64,000 nt of DNA from Burkholderiales bacterium. Its GTDB lineage: Bacteria; Pseudomonadota; Gammaproteobacteria; Burkholderiales; JAHFRG01. The stretch covers positions 1,160 through 65,159 of the forward strand of contig DASPRE010000002.1 of assembly GCA_035624615.1 (NCBI GenBank). Reading direction: 5' to 3'. How positions within the stretch are numbered: position 1 is the stretch's first letter; every line of letters begins with the position of its first letter. Under the pieces are notes generated by a model that was not told the origin of the DNA, searched no databases, and saw only the letters and a program-made list of their open reading frames with translations. A program made the position numbers and the translations under genes. Positions 9,498-19,073 of this stretch are shown here, in pieces.

Positions 9498-9932
9498 TCA
9501 AGCCGCGTGTTTTTCGAGACACTCGAGATAGGATCTTTCATCGGGCGCCGTATTGGCGCGCTGTGCTCGCCAAATCATTTCCGTCAGGCATTCCATGAGC
9601 AGGTGATAAACCGCATGCCGGTCCGAAGCTTTTTGCAGAATCTGTTCAAATAGCCGGCGAATCCCAGGTGGCCGGTCGATGGAAAGTTGCTCCTCGATGG
9701 CAAGGTGCATCGCCATGTGCAGAAAGGGATTCACGTCACCCATCTCAGGTAAATAATCGCGCTCGAGATAGCGTGCCGGGTCGTCCAGCACGGAGTGGTA
9801 TTCAGGGTGCAGGATAATTATTTCAACGGCCAGCTTTTCCAATCCGGAAAGCAGTTCTTGTTCCTTGTATTTTTTCCAGGTGTCGAAGAAAAAACCGCGT
9901 GCTTCGTTGCGGGAGGGGTTAAACACGGGCAA
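9498..9932 (-). CDS. Conserved hypothetical protein (DUF1841-like)
   Basis: 144 aa. The N-terminal pattern FNPSRNEARGFFFDTWKKYKE...HPEYH is as I recall it for DUF1841. Co-directional with nth. Confidence 0.65.
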   Translation of the reverse strand: MPVFNPSRNEARGFFFDTWKKYKEQELLSGLEKLAVEIIILHPEYHSVLDDPARYLERDYLPEMGDVNPFLHMAMHLAIEEQLSIDRPPGIRRLFEQILQKASDRHAVYHLLMECLTEMIWRAQRANTAPDERSYLECLEKHAA

Positions 9933-9989
9933 TCACTGAACCAAGTGAGCAACTAAACACGTTTAACGGATTCCCTGAATTTAACATCA

Positions 9990-10634
9990 TTATTTGCTTT
10001 CATTCGACGTCTTGCTCCTGTATTCACACAAGTCATTGATGATGCACATGGGGCAATCCGGGTTGCGTGCCCTGCAGACGTACCGTCCGTGCAAAATCAG
10101 CCAATGGTGTGCATCGCGCCGGAATTCCTCGGGAACAAATTTCAGTAGCTTTCGCTCTACTTCGAGCACGTTCCCCCCGGGCGCAATGCCAGTCCGGTTC
10201 GCTACTCGAAAGATGTGCGTGTCCACGGCGATCGTTGGCTCGCCGAATGCGGTGTTGAGAATAACATTGGCGGTTTTCCTGCCTACCCCCGGCAGTTCTT
10301 CCAGCCTTTCACGGGAGTGCGGCACCTTGCCGCCATATTCTTCGATCAGTATTCTGCAGGTGGCGATGAGGTTTTTGGCCTTAGTGCGGTACAGGCCGAT
10401 GCTCCTGATGTATTTCTGCAGGCCGAATCGCCCCAACGCGAGAATTTGTCGAGGCGTGTTGGCCACTGCAAACAATTTTTGAGTGGCGAGGTTTACGCTC
10501 TTGTCAGTCGCCTGCGCCGAGAGTACCACCGCAACCAGCAGCTCGAAAGGGCTGCGGTATGCAAGTTCGGTCGCGGGGCGCGGGTTTGCGGCTTTTAGCC
10601 GGGCGAAAATTTCCGTCCGCTTCGCCGCATTCAT
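9990..10634 (-). CDS. nth: Endonuclease III
   Basis: HhH-GPD motif [11 protein letters not shown], catalytic-Lys context and a C-terminal 4Fe-4S loop ([17 protein letters not shown]). Overlaps the upstream rnfB-like stop by 4 nt. Confidence 0.93.
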   Translation of the reverse strand: MNAAKRTEIFARLKAANPRPATELAYRSPFELLVAVVLSAQATDKSVNLATQKLFAVANTPRQILALGRFGLQKYIRSIGLYRTKAKNLIATCRILIEEYGGKVPHSRERLEELPGVGRKTANVILNTAFGEPTIAVDTHIFRVANRTGIAPGGNVLEVERKLLKFVPEEFRRDAHHWLILHGRYVCRARNPDCPMCIINDLCEYRSKTSNESK

Positions 10635-11245
10635 TTCTGCGACGCTTCGCTCCGTGTTCTCGCGCGCTCCAGCGCCCGCCGAATCGCGGTTTGCTTGCGG
10701 TCTTGCGCAGCCACAAGTGCTTTCTGTGCGAGTTTTTGGTCTCTATCGTGTTGCTCACGCTGAATGCGCAAATTGCGAAACTTAAAGCGCTCGCGGGCAG
10801 CATCGGCATCCTGCTTGGACCAAACCGCTTGCGACGATTGAATCATGCGTATGCAGTCCACCGGGCAGCTTGGGATACACAGCTCGCAACCGGTGCAATA
10901 GGCTGTGATTACAGCGTGCATTTGCTTGGGCGCACCTAAAATTGCATCCACAGGACAGGCATCGATGCACAGCGTGCAGCCTATGCAGCTTTGCTCGTCA
11001 ATGACTGCAATTTCCATCGGCTTTTCCACCCCGAATTGGGGATTGAGCGGCTTGAGTTCGCGGTTCAGCAGCGCAGCAAGCCTGTGAATTGCCGTTTCGC
11101 CGCCGGGTGGACATTGGTTGATGTCGGCTGTGCCTGCAACAATTGCTTCGGCGTATGGTTTGCAAGCGGCGTAGCCGCATTTGCCGCATTGTGCTTGCGG
11201 GAGTATCACATCGATTTGTTCAACGAGAACGGGTACTGCAACCAT
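10631..11245 (-). CDS. RnfB/RsxB-like polyferredoxin lacking the membrane anchor
   Basis: [12 protein letters not shown]...QCPPGG cluster plus two CxxCxxCxxxCP 4Fe-4S motifs ([24 protein letters not shown]). No N-terminal hydrophobic segment. Confidence 0.85.
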   Translation of the reverse strand: MVAVPVLVEQIDVILPQAQCGKCGYAACKPYAEAIVAGTADINQCPPGGETAIHRLAALLNRELKPLNPQFGVEKPMEIAVIDEQSCIGCTLCIDACPVDAILGAPKQMHAVITAYCTGCELCIPSCPVDCIRMIQSSQAVWSKQDADAARERFKFRNLRIQREQHDRDQKLAQKALVAAQDRKQTAIRRALERARTRSEASQK

Positions 11246-11385
11246 GGTGCGATTTTACTCCATTGCAACAAAGGTTACAGGTTCAAAACGTCTGATTGAA
11301 AACGGAGCAGACCTTAAGACGGAGCCGGATTTTGCAATTGTCTTGCTGGCAGATTGATGCAAGAGCCCATGAGTAGGTCGAGATG

Positions 11386-14300
11386 TTAGGCGGCAGCCTT
11401 GCGGCGTTGCAGGCGTATCAGGCAACGGTCTATCCACTGAGCCGTGAGCTTCTCCTGCAGCGAATTCTGGTTCAAGCGGGCAGAGAGACCTTCGAAATCC
11501 ACCTGGTCGAGCGGCTGATCCTGATTGAAGCAAGAAAACACGTAAGTAATCGCGCCGGTTTCTGGATTGACATGAGGCTGCAGGCACTGAGAGCAGATCT
11601 CCTTCATCATGCACTGCATCGGCGAGTTGATTGAACCGATTGCGAAGTGATGCGGTTTGAGATACGGTTTAAGCACCGCATGGCGCTCTTCCGCAACCGC
11701 TGCCATCATCTTGTCGGAGCCTATGGCGATGATGCGGTCGGCGTCGTGCACCGCTATCTGCTGCGGCCCCAGTGCGCCTCTCGCGTAAGCGGTGATTCCC
11801 TGCACGATGTTGCCGACAAAAGCGCGGTCTTGCGGTCGGTCCGGTTGAAACCCGGGATGTTCGTCACAACACCACACTACGACATCTGCTGCGGTTTTGA
11901 TTTCTTCGGCCTTGTAGCGGTCAATCATTTTCTTGTAGCCGGCGAAATAGAGCACCTTTGACCCGGCACGGCGCAACGCCTGGCCGATGGAAAAAAGTAC
12001 CGCATTGCCCAAGCCGCCGCCGACCAGAATGACTGTCTCTCCGGAAGGGATCTCGGTAGGGGAGCCTGTCGGTCCCATCAAAACCACCGGTTCTCCTGGT
12101 TCGAGCAGGGTGCACAGATCTGCTGATCCGCCCATCTCGAGAACGATAGTCGATATCAATCCACGCTTTGCATCCACCCACGCGCCGGTCAGCGCCAAGC
12201 CCTCCATCGTGAGCTGCGTGCCGTCCACTTTAATGGCGCGCGTTTCGTAATTCTGCAATCGGTAGAACTGACCGGGGCGGAAGCGGCGCGCCGCCTGCGG
12301 CGCTCGCACCACGACTTCGACAATGCTCGGTGTAAGACGGATCACTTCCCGCACAGTGGCCCGCAGTTCGCTGTTGAGATGCGCAAAGAATTCTGCATCG
12401 CTTTTATCGCTGGCGGGTTTGATGCGTTGGAGAACACGGCTCACCACCGGGTAGCCTTGCCTGGCTCCGCCCATCGCCTTCACCACGTTGCCGTAATACG
12501 AAGGATGCAGATCCCCGAAGAAACTTATAAAGCGTCCGTCGCCGTGCTTGGACAAAAGAACGTTGGCAAGTTTCGGCTTTGAAATATTACGCTCCGGTTT
12601 CACCGGATTACCACCCTCGTCGCAGGCCTGGAAGTAGCGGCCATCCAGTTTGAAATTTGCCGAATCTTCGCGGGCCAGCACTGTGTTTGGCTGGGTTCCC
12701 GCCGCTATCAGTATGGTCCGCGCCGGAAATTCGACTTGATTGATCTCGTTCCAGTGGCCGGCTGCATCAATTTTTTGTATTGACATACGGATGGCGCGTG
12801 CCGCCCCAAAAGAATCCACTTCCACGCGCAGCGGATTCAAACCTTGTATAAAGCGGATGCCTTCTTGCAAAGCTTTTTCGACTTCTTCGTGGTTCAGGGT
12901 ATACGATGGACTGTCGATCAGACGTTTGCGGTACGCAATAGTCACACCGCCCCAGCTTTGCAGAAGTTCGAGAATGCGCGGAATGCGGCCTTCCGCCTGA
13001 GCGGCAGCACGCTCGGCGCGGATGGCGCGGGCATGCTCAATGAACTCGTCGGCAATATGCCGTTCTTCAGGATGCCAGTTGTGGCGTACCGCTGCCGCGC
13101 CGCGTTCAGCGACCAGTGTCTCATAGCGCAGGAGGAATTTCTCCACCTGTAACGGGTAATAAGCAAGGGATTCGGTCGCGGTGTCTATTGCGGTTAATCC
13201 GCCGCCGATTACCACCACCGGGAATCTGATTTGCATGTTGGCGATCGAGTCCGCTTTTGCGGCGCCGGTTAATTGCAACGCCATCAAAAAATCGGAAGCG
13301 GTTCGCACCCCGCGGGCAAGCCCGTTCGGCATATTGATTACCGTCGGGCGACCGGCGCCGGCAGCCACGGCGATATGATCAAACCCCTGCGCAAATGCAT
13401 CATCCACCGTGAGCGTGCCGCCGAAGCGCACACCACCGTACATTGCGAACTGGCCGCGGCGCTCCAGCAGCAGGCGGATCAGTTTCAGAAAATTCTTGTC
13501 CCAGCGTACCGTAATGCCGTATTCTGCCACGCCGCCAAAGCCCGCCATCACCCGTTCGTTGAGCGATTCGTACAATTCGCTGGTTCGATAAACGGGTTTG
13601 AACGGCACCCGCTTACCGAGTTCATCCACCCCTGAAATCTCGGCGGGCAGCGGCTCGATTTTCAATCCATCTATGCCGACTACGGTATGGCCGTCGTTCA
13701 TCAGATGGTGCGCCAGAGTGAAACCCGCAGGACCCATGCCTGCAATGAGCACGCGGCGATGAGTTGGCGCTTTTGGATACGGACGCCGCAGATCAAGAGG
13801 ATTCCAGCGGCTAAGCAGGCTGTAGATTTCAAAGCCCCACGGCAGTTCCAGCACGTCCTTCAGGGTGCGCGTTTCCGCTTGTGGGATATTGACCGGGTCC
13901 TGTTTTTGATAAATGCAGGATTTCATGCAGTCGTTACAAATTCGATGGCCGGTGGCCGCGACCATCGGATTATCCACCATGATCATCGCCAGCGCGCCGA
14001 TGACCTGTCCCTGGGTCTTCACCTTGTGGAACTCAGATATCTTTTCTTCGAGCGGGCAGCCGGCGAGAGTCACGCCGAAGGGGCTCTTTTTGAATCCTGC
14101 CGCAGGCGGCTTTTCCTTGAGCCCTTTGGAGCAGGAATCCTTGCCCTGTTCATGGCACCAGATGCAGTAATGGGCTTCATCGAGCGCGCCAACCAAATCA
14201 GTGCCGGAATCGGTAAGCGCAAAACCCTGACGGCGGCGCAAATGTTTCTCGTCGAGTGAATAAGCGGTATAGCCTTTACTGTCGTCCGCAATCACCGGCA

Positions 14301-14922
14301 CAAGTCGCATATAGTTGAGCTTAGCCGGCGCTTTGAACAGTACGCCATTGCGGTGCCGTTCGCGTCCCGCGGGCGTCAATGCTGCCCATGCGGCATACAG
14401 CAGTGCGAGCTGTAGTCTATCGGCGTTTGTTGCCTCATCCTTTTGCCATTCCGCGACGTGCTGTGCAAACGCGAGTTCTGAAAACGGCTCGCCGAAAACT
14501 TTTGCAAGCTGCTTCTCGGCAGCAGGGCCGTCCAGCGCGGCTGCTTCCTGAGGTTCTATCTTGTTCATCGCCTTGCGTTGCACGAACAGGCGCTTGCAAC
14601 TGTAGAGTGGCGCAAGCTCATGGTGACGCGCTGAGAGCATGTCTACTTCTTCCTTAATGCCGAACAGATCAGCGACGAAATCATCTAAATGGGCGCTGAT
14701 CGCCATCAGCAATTCTGATTCTTCCATTAACGAGAGCGCTTCAGGTTTGGAGCGCACAGCTTCAAGACGATGACGCAGCCCAGGATCTGCCTCGCCGAGA
14801 AAAATCAGAAACGCAGCATCCAGCCGCAGCAAACCGTCACGAAGGTAAAGGTCTTCAAAAGAAAGTCCTTGGCGCAACTTAAGTACTGTTTCGCGTTGCG
14901 TGGTCATTCGATACTTGATCAA
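11386..14922 (-). CDS. Large fused iron-sulfur flavoprotein: unassigned N-terminal region, Cys-rich FeS region, GltD/NfnB-like FAD/NAD(P)H oxidoreductase, and PyrK/NfnA-like FNR module with a 2Fe-2S motif
   Basis: 1178 aa. Cys cluster at about aa 253-336 (CIWCHEQGKDSC, GCP, CNDCMKSC). Dinucleotide folds VLIAGMGPAG and VVVIGGGLTAID. FNR-like RPGQFYRL and ILVGGGLGNAV. C-terminal C-x5-C-x2-C-x17-C. The annotated start is TTG at 14922; ATG at 14907 is an alternative. Confidence 0.8.
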   Translation of the reverse strand: MIKYRMTTQRETVLKLRQGLSFEDLYLRDGLLRLDAAFLIFLGEADPGLRHRLEAVRSKPEALSLMEESELLMAISAHLDDFVADLFGIKEEVDMLSARHHELAPLYSCKRLFVQRKAMNKIEPQEAAALDGPAAEKQLAKVFGEPFSELAFAQHVAEWQKDEATNADRLQLALLYAAWAALTPAGRERHRNGVLFKAPAKLNYMRLVPVIADDSKGYTAYSLDEKHLRRRQGFALTDSGTDLVGALDEAHYCIWCHEQGKDSCSKGLKEKPPAAGFKKSPFGVTLAGCPLEEKISEFHKVKTQGQVIGALAMIMVDNPMVAATGHRICNDCMKSCIYQKQDPVNIPQAETRTLKDVLELPWGFEIYSLLSRWNPLDLRRPYPKAPTHRRVLIAGMGPAGFTLAHHLMNDGHTVVGIDGLKIEPLPAEISGVDELGKRVPFKPVYRTSELYESLNERVMAGFGGVAEYGITVRWDKNFLKLIRLLLERRGQFAMYGGVRFGGTLTVDDAFAQGFDHIAVAAGAGRPTVINMPNGLARGVRTASDFLMALQLTGAAKADSIANMQIRFPVVVIGGGLTAIDTATESLAYYPLQVEKFLLRYETLVAERGAAAVRHNWHPEERHIADEFIEHARAIRAERAAAQAEGRIPRILELLQSWGGVTIAYRKRLIDSPSYTLNHEEVEKALQEGIRFIQGLNPLRVEVDSFGAARAIRMSIQKIDAAGHWNEINQVEFPARTILIAAGTQPNTVLAREDSANFKLDGRYFQACDEGGNPVKPERNISKPKLANVLLSKHGDGRFISFFGDLHPSYYGNVVKAMGGARQGYPVVSRVLQRIKPASDKSDAEFFAHLNSELRATVREVIRLTPSIVEVVVRAPQAARRFRPGQFYRLQNYETRAIKVDGTQLTMEGLALTGAWVDAKRGLISTIVLEMGGSADLCTLLEPGEPVVLMGPTGSPTEIPSGETVILVGGGLGNAVLFSIGQALRRAGSKVLYFAGYKKMIDRYKAEEIKTAADVVVWCCDEHPGFQPDRPQDRAFVGNIVQGITAYARGALGPQQIAVHDADRIIAIGSDKMMAAVAEERHAVLKPYLKPHHFAIGSINSPMQCMMKEICSQCLQPHVNPETGAITYVFSCFNQDQPLDQVDFEGLSARLNQNSLQEKLTAQWIDRCLIRLQRRKAAA

Positions 14923-15033
14923 ATCAGTTAAAAAATTGGATTATCGCTTTTAAGGAGAGGCCCTTCAACCATGTTCGCGTTATATGCATAGATATTTCGA
15001 TTATATGTGTTGTGGGAACGTTCAACTTGCACG

Positions 15034-16146
15034 CTACGCCAATACCTGTTCCGGCGGAACAAAAGGTTTGCCCATTTCGTCCGCGAGGTTTTTGTAGGTA
15101 ATATGGCCCGCGTGGATTTGCAATCCGTTTTTAAGCCCGGGATCGGAGGAGAGCGCGGCTTTCAGTCCACGTTTTGCCAAAGCGCGCACATAAGGAAGAG
15201 TGACCCGCGTCAACGCAAGCGTCGCAGTGCGCGCTACGGCGGAAGGCATGTTGGCAACACAGTAGTGCACCACACCTTCGTCCATATAAATCGGATTGGA
15301 ATGTGTTGTCGGACGCGACGTCTCAGCGATTCCGCCTTGGTCTATCGACACATCTACCAGTACGGATCCCGCTCGCATTTTTCTTAAGAGCGCGCGCGAA
15401 ATGAGTTTGGGCGGCAGTTTGCCCGCAATCAACACCGCGCCAATGACCAGATCGGCACCCGCTACATGCTCAGCGAGAGTCAACGGTTCGGAAAGCGCGG
15501 TTTTTATTTTGCCTGGATAGATGCGCTCAAGCTGCGCGAGTCGCGGCGCGTTCAAAGCAAGGATGGTCACGTCTGCGCCCATCCCCACTGCAATATGCGC
15601 GGCATTTGATCCCACTGTGCCAGCGCCGATGATGACAACCTTACCGGGCGCGACATCCGGAATGCCGGGAAGCAGCACCCCGCTGCCGCCGTTTGCCGTC
15701 TGCAGTGCCCATGCGCCAACCTGGATTGAAAGCCGTCCCGCGATCTGCGACATCGGGGCAAGCAGAGGGAATCCGCCTATAGCGTCGGTCACGGTTTCAT
15801 ACGCAACGCAGGAGGCTTTTGCTTCCAGCATGTGATCAAGCAAATTCCGATTAGGCGCGAAATGCTGGTAGCAGAAAAGCGTTTGCCCGGCGCGTATTAA
15901 ATTAAATTCTAGCGGCTGCGGCTCCTTTACTTTTACCACCAGTTCGCAGTCATAAATTTCAGCAGGGCTGTTGCCGATATGTGCGCCGGCATCACGGTAC
16001 GCCAAATCCGGGAAACCGATCCGCAATCCTGCGTTGGTTTCAATCCACACTTCGTGGCCTTCGCTGCAAAGCAGCCTCACGCCTTCGGGTGTCAGCCCAA
16101 CCCGGTATTCATGGTCTTTGATTTCCTTGGGCACTCCTATGCGCAT
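15034..16146 (-). CDS. ald: Alanine dehydrogenase
   Basis: MRIGVPKEIKDHEYRVGLTP N-terminus and the VVIIGAGTVG NAD fold. ATG at 16146 is preferred over the upstream GTG at 16170. Confidence 0.9.
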   Translation of the reverse strand: MRIGVPKEIKDHEYRVGLTPEGVRLLCSEGHEVWIETNAGLRIGFPDLAYRDAGAHIGNSPAEIYDCELVVKVKEPQPLEFNLIRAGQTLFCYQHFAPNRNLLDHMLEAKASCVAYETVTDAIGGFPLLAPMSQIAGRLSIQVGAWALQTANGGSGVLLPGIPDVAPGKVVIIGAGTVGSNAAHIAVGMGADVTILALNAPRLAQLERIYPGKIKTALSEPLTLAEHVAGADLVIGAVLIAGKLPPKLISRALLRKMRAGSVLVDVSIDQGGIAETSRPTTHSNPIYMDEGVVHYCVANMPSAVARTATLALTRVTLPYVRALAKRGLKAALSSDPGLKNGLQIHAGHITYKNLADEMGKPFVPPEQVLA

Positions 16147-16184
16147 GCTTTGCTCGCTATGTTGAGGCACACCGGCAATTCGGT

Positions 16185-17189
16185 CTATAGGGCCTTAACC
16201 AGTTCATTCACTAATTTCGGTCCACGATAGATGAGCCCGCTGTAAATCTGCACCAGGCTTGCGCCGGCGTACATTTTTTCCAGAGCATCCGTGTCACTCA
16301 TGATACCGCCGACACCGATGATCGGCAGCTTGCCTTGCAGCGCGACTGCGAGCTGACGGATTACCGCCGTGGATTTCTCATTAAGCGGTGCGCCGCTTAT
16401 GCCCCCGCTTTCCTGGGTTAGACTCTCGATTCCGTCGCGCGAAATGGTGGTGTTGGTGGCTATCACTGCATCAATGCTGTATGCGATCAGCAAAGAGGCG
16501 ACCTCCCCGATTTCCTGGGGCGAAAGGTCGGGAGCGATTTTCAGCGCCAGGGGCAGATGTCTGCCAAAAAGCTTGGCGAGCTTCCGATGCTCCTCCTTTA
16601 ACGCACTCAAAAGACGATCGAGTTCCTTTCGTTGCTGCAAGTCGCGGAGGCCTGGAGTATTTGGAGAAGAAATGTTAATCGTCACATAACTTGCAAATGG
16701 GTACACCTTGCGAAGGCAGGCGATGTAGTCATTCGCCACATTTTCCATCGGAGTATCGGAATTCATACCGATATTGATCCCCAATATACCTTTGTACCGC
16801 GCGCGGTGGACATTTTTTATCAACCGGTCGACACCATCGTTGTTGAAGCCCATGCGGTTGATGATTGCTCGGGCTTGCGGAACGCGAAACAATCGCGGGC
16901 GCGGATTCCCGGCCTGAGGACGGAGAGTTACAGTGCCGATTTCGATAAAACCGAATCCCAGTGCAGCGAGCGCGTCTATGTATTCGCCGTTTTTGTCCAG
17001 GCCCGCTGCAAGCCCCACGCGGTTGGGAAAATCCAGTCCCAATAAATGGCAAGGCTTGCCACTGACTGGTTTGCCGAACAATCTGTTCAATCCCAGCGCA
17101 TGGCCGAGATTCAGGGAGGCAAGCGTTAATCGATGGGAAGTTTCGGCATCCAGCCTGAACAGGAGTGGTCGCAACAGAGAATAAAGCAT
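16185..17189 (-). CDS. pyrD: Dihydroorotate dehydrogenase (quinone), class 2
   Basis: 334 aa. Motifs GLAAGLDKNG, GFIEIGTVT, NISSPNTPGLR, IGVGGI. Confidence 0.93.
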   Translation of the reverse strand: MLYSLLRPLLFRLDAETSHRLTLASLNLGHALGLNRLFGKPVSGKPCHLLGLDFPNRVGLAAGLDKNGEYIDALAALGFGFIEIGTVTLRPQAGNPRPRLFRVPQARAIINRMGFNNDGVDRLIKNVHRARYKGILGINIGMNSDTPMENVANDYIACLRKVYPFASYVTINISSPNTPGLRDLQQRKELDRLLSALKEEHRKLAKLFGRHLPLALKIAPDLSPQEIGEVASLLIAYSIDAVIATNTTISRDGIESLTQESGGISGAPLNEKSTAVIRQLAVALQGKLPIIGVGGIMSDTDALEKMYAGASLVQIYSGLIYRGPKLVNELVKAL

Positions 17190-17228
17190 GTCGTCGTGAT
17201 TTTAACGTTCCATCGCCGCTAAAGAAGT

Positions 17229-17975
17229 TTAGGATGGTTGTAAAGCGGCCTCCGTTTCTGGAGCTGGCTGGCGCCGCAAAAGAAATTCATACAGCACCAG
17301 CATCGTCAGCCAGCAGATCAGCGCCGTCCAGAGCTGATGTGAAAGGAAATGCGCACCTTGCATGACGCGCCCAAAACCGAGTATAAATCCTAGACCGAAA
17401 CCGCCGAACAGACCCCAATACGCGAGACGGCGGTTGCGCAAATGCCGTCCTGCAAAATAAAACGCCATCAGGCAAAAACCAGTTGAAGAATGACCACCCG
17501 GCCAGCAATTGCCGGGCTTGGACCCCTGTGGCGTTCTTTCAAACAAGGCAATGTATGGTGCATCGCCACCGAATGCTTTTAAATTATACGGGCATTGCTT
17601 GGGGCTTTCGCTTTTAACAATGCTCACCGCCGCGGCCGAAAGCCCCATTGCTAGCACCACAAACAGCAGAACACGGCGCAAAGGAGCAAGCGAAGCCACG
17701 CGAAATGAGCACACATACGCCGCGAGGACCGATAAACCCAGAGCGATCACCGCGTACTTGATCCAATTATGCATCACAAAATTCAGAAACCAGTTATTGC
17801 GTAATGGAAATTTTTGAGTAACAGGATCGAAAAACAGGCGTGTAATCCACTCATCGAGACCTAGCATATAAACCGTAAACAGTATCAGGAATGCCGCTAC
17901 CAGAGGAATGAGCAGATGCAGCAGATAAAAATGCCAAGCGCTACTTTGTATTTTCGGCCGCTGCGGGGAATTCAT
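17229..17975 (-). CDS. Membrane PAP2-family phosphatase
   Basis: Multi-pass membrane protein with PAP2-like motifs (KSESPKQCPY, PGGHSSTG, GAHFLSH). Confidence 0.75.
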   Translation of the reverse strand: MNSPQRPKIQSSAWHFYLLHLLIPLVAAFLILFTVYMLGLDEWITRLFFDPVTQKFPLRNNWFLNFVMHNWIKYAVIALGLSVLAAYVCSFRVASLAPLRRVLLFVVLAMGLSAAAVSIVKSESPKQCPYNLKAFGGDAPYIALFERTPQGSKPGNCWPGGHSSTGFCLMAFYFAGRHLRNRRLAYWGLFGGFGLGFILGFGRVMQGAHFLSHQLWTALICWLTMLVLYEFLLRRQPAPETEAALQPS

Positions 17976-18336
17976 CGTTTTTCATAGAGAAATTCAAGCC
18001 GGCAGTTTCTGCCAGCGGCAATACCGGTTCAAGTAAATCCATTACCCTGCTAGTTACGGGCGTACCTTTTTTTACGATCTGTTCTTTGCCCCGTTTCGTT
18101 CTGGTGCGGCAATTGCTCGGTTTGTGACGGATGAAAGTAAAATTGGCTTCTCTGAAATTGAGGACGGCCAGCTTGCTTGCACTAAGCGCGCGGCGTACCG
18201 GCAACGTTTGCGCAGCACCAACCGTCTTTAGGATCGGAGTTAAGCACATCGTTTCCTTCAGGGTATAAACCGCCCGGATTCGAAAACGCGTAGTGGAAGT
18301 CGCTGCGAAAGCGCGAACACACCGACACGCTGTCAC
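17941..18336 (-). CDS. Doubtful gap-filling ORF (131 aa, basic, no recognisable domain)
   Basis: It spans the whole 357-nt gap between bpt and the PAP2 gene. Its GTG start overlaps the bpt stop (GTGA). An internal ATG at about 18252 is preceded by GAAGGAAAC. The composition looks like a GC-frame artefact. Confidence 0.2.
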   Translation of the reverse strand: MTACRCVRAFAATSTTRFRIRAVYTLKETMCLTPILKTVGAAQTLPVRRALSASKLAVLNFREANFTFIRHKPSNCRTRTKRGKEQIVKKGTPVTSRVMDLLEPVLPLAETAGLNFSMKNDEFPAAAENTK

Positions 18337-19073
18337 GCTGCCGCGCTCTTGCAGAACAACGGCTGCCAGCGGTCGTTAATGAGTCCCTGCATCGGCTGGA
18401 ACTTGGCTTTATAGGCCATTTTGCGGCTCTCCGCGATCCAGTAGCCAAGGTACAGATACGGCAGCCCTAGGGTGCGGCACAATTCGATTTGCCACAATAC
18501 ATTGAAAGTGCCGTAGCTTGCTCCCGGTATCCCTGGCTCAAAAAAAGTGTATACCGACGATAAGCCATCGTGCAGGCGGTCTATGATGCTAACTATGCGA
18601 AGTGTCGATCCTTCGCGAAATTCCACCAGCCGAGATTCGACGTTGCTTTGCAACAGGAAATGCTGGTATTGCTCGCGGCTGTCCTGGTCCATTCCGCCGC
18701 CGGAATGACGGCTTGCCTGATAGCGCAGATACAGGGCGTAATGTTCCGCGTTGTATTTCAGGTCCAGCAACTCCGCGCGCAAATTTCGGTGGCGTTTCCA
18801 GGCCCGGCGCTGTGCACGCGAAGGGGTAAAGGAACGGGTGACGAGACGCACCGGGACGCAGGCGCGGCAACTGTCACAATGCGGTCGGTATGTAAATGCG
18901 CCGCTGCGGCGAAATCCGCTTCTCACCAGCTCGCTGTAAACTGCGGTATCAATCAGATGACTCGGGGTCGCCACTTGCGAGCGCGCCATTTTTCCAGGCA
19001 AATAACTGCACGGATACGGAGCAGTCGCGTAGAACTGCAATACCGACGACGGAAATTCATTCAAGTAAGTCAT
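18333..19073 (-). CDS. bpt: Arginyl/leucyl-tRNA--protein transferase Bpt (N-end rule)
   Basis: ATE/Bpt family pattern ([15 protein letters not shown]..., YLYLGYWI). ATG at 19073 is preferred over the TTG at 19079. Overlaps the aat 3' end. Confidence 0.88.
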   Translation of the reverse strand: MTYLNEFPSSVLQFYATAPYPCSYLPGKMARSQVATPSHLIDTAVYSELVRSGFRRSGAFTYRPHCDSCRACVPVRLVTRSFTPSRAQRRAWKRHRNLRAELLDLKYNAEHYALYLRYQASRHSGGGMDQDSREQYQHFLLQSNVESRLVEFREGSTLRIVSIIDRLHDGLSSVYTFFEPGIPGASYGTFNVLWQIELCRTLGLPYLYLGYWIAESRKMAYKAKFQPMQGLINDRWQPLFCKSAAA

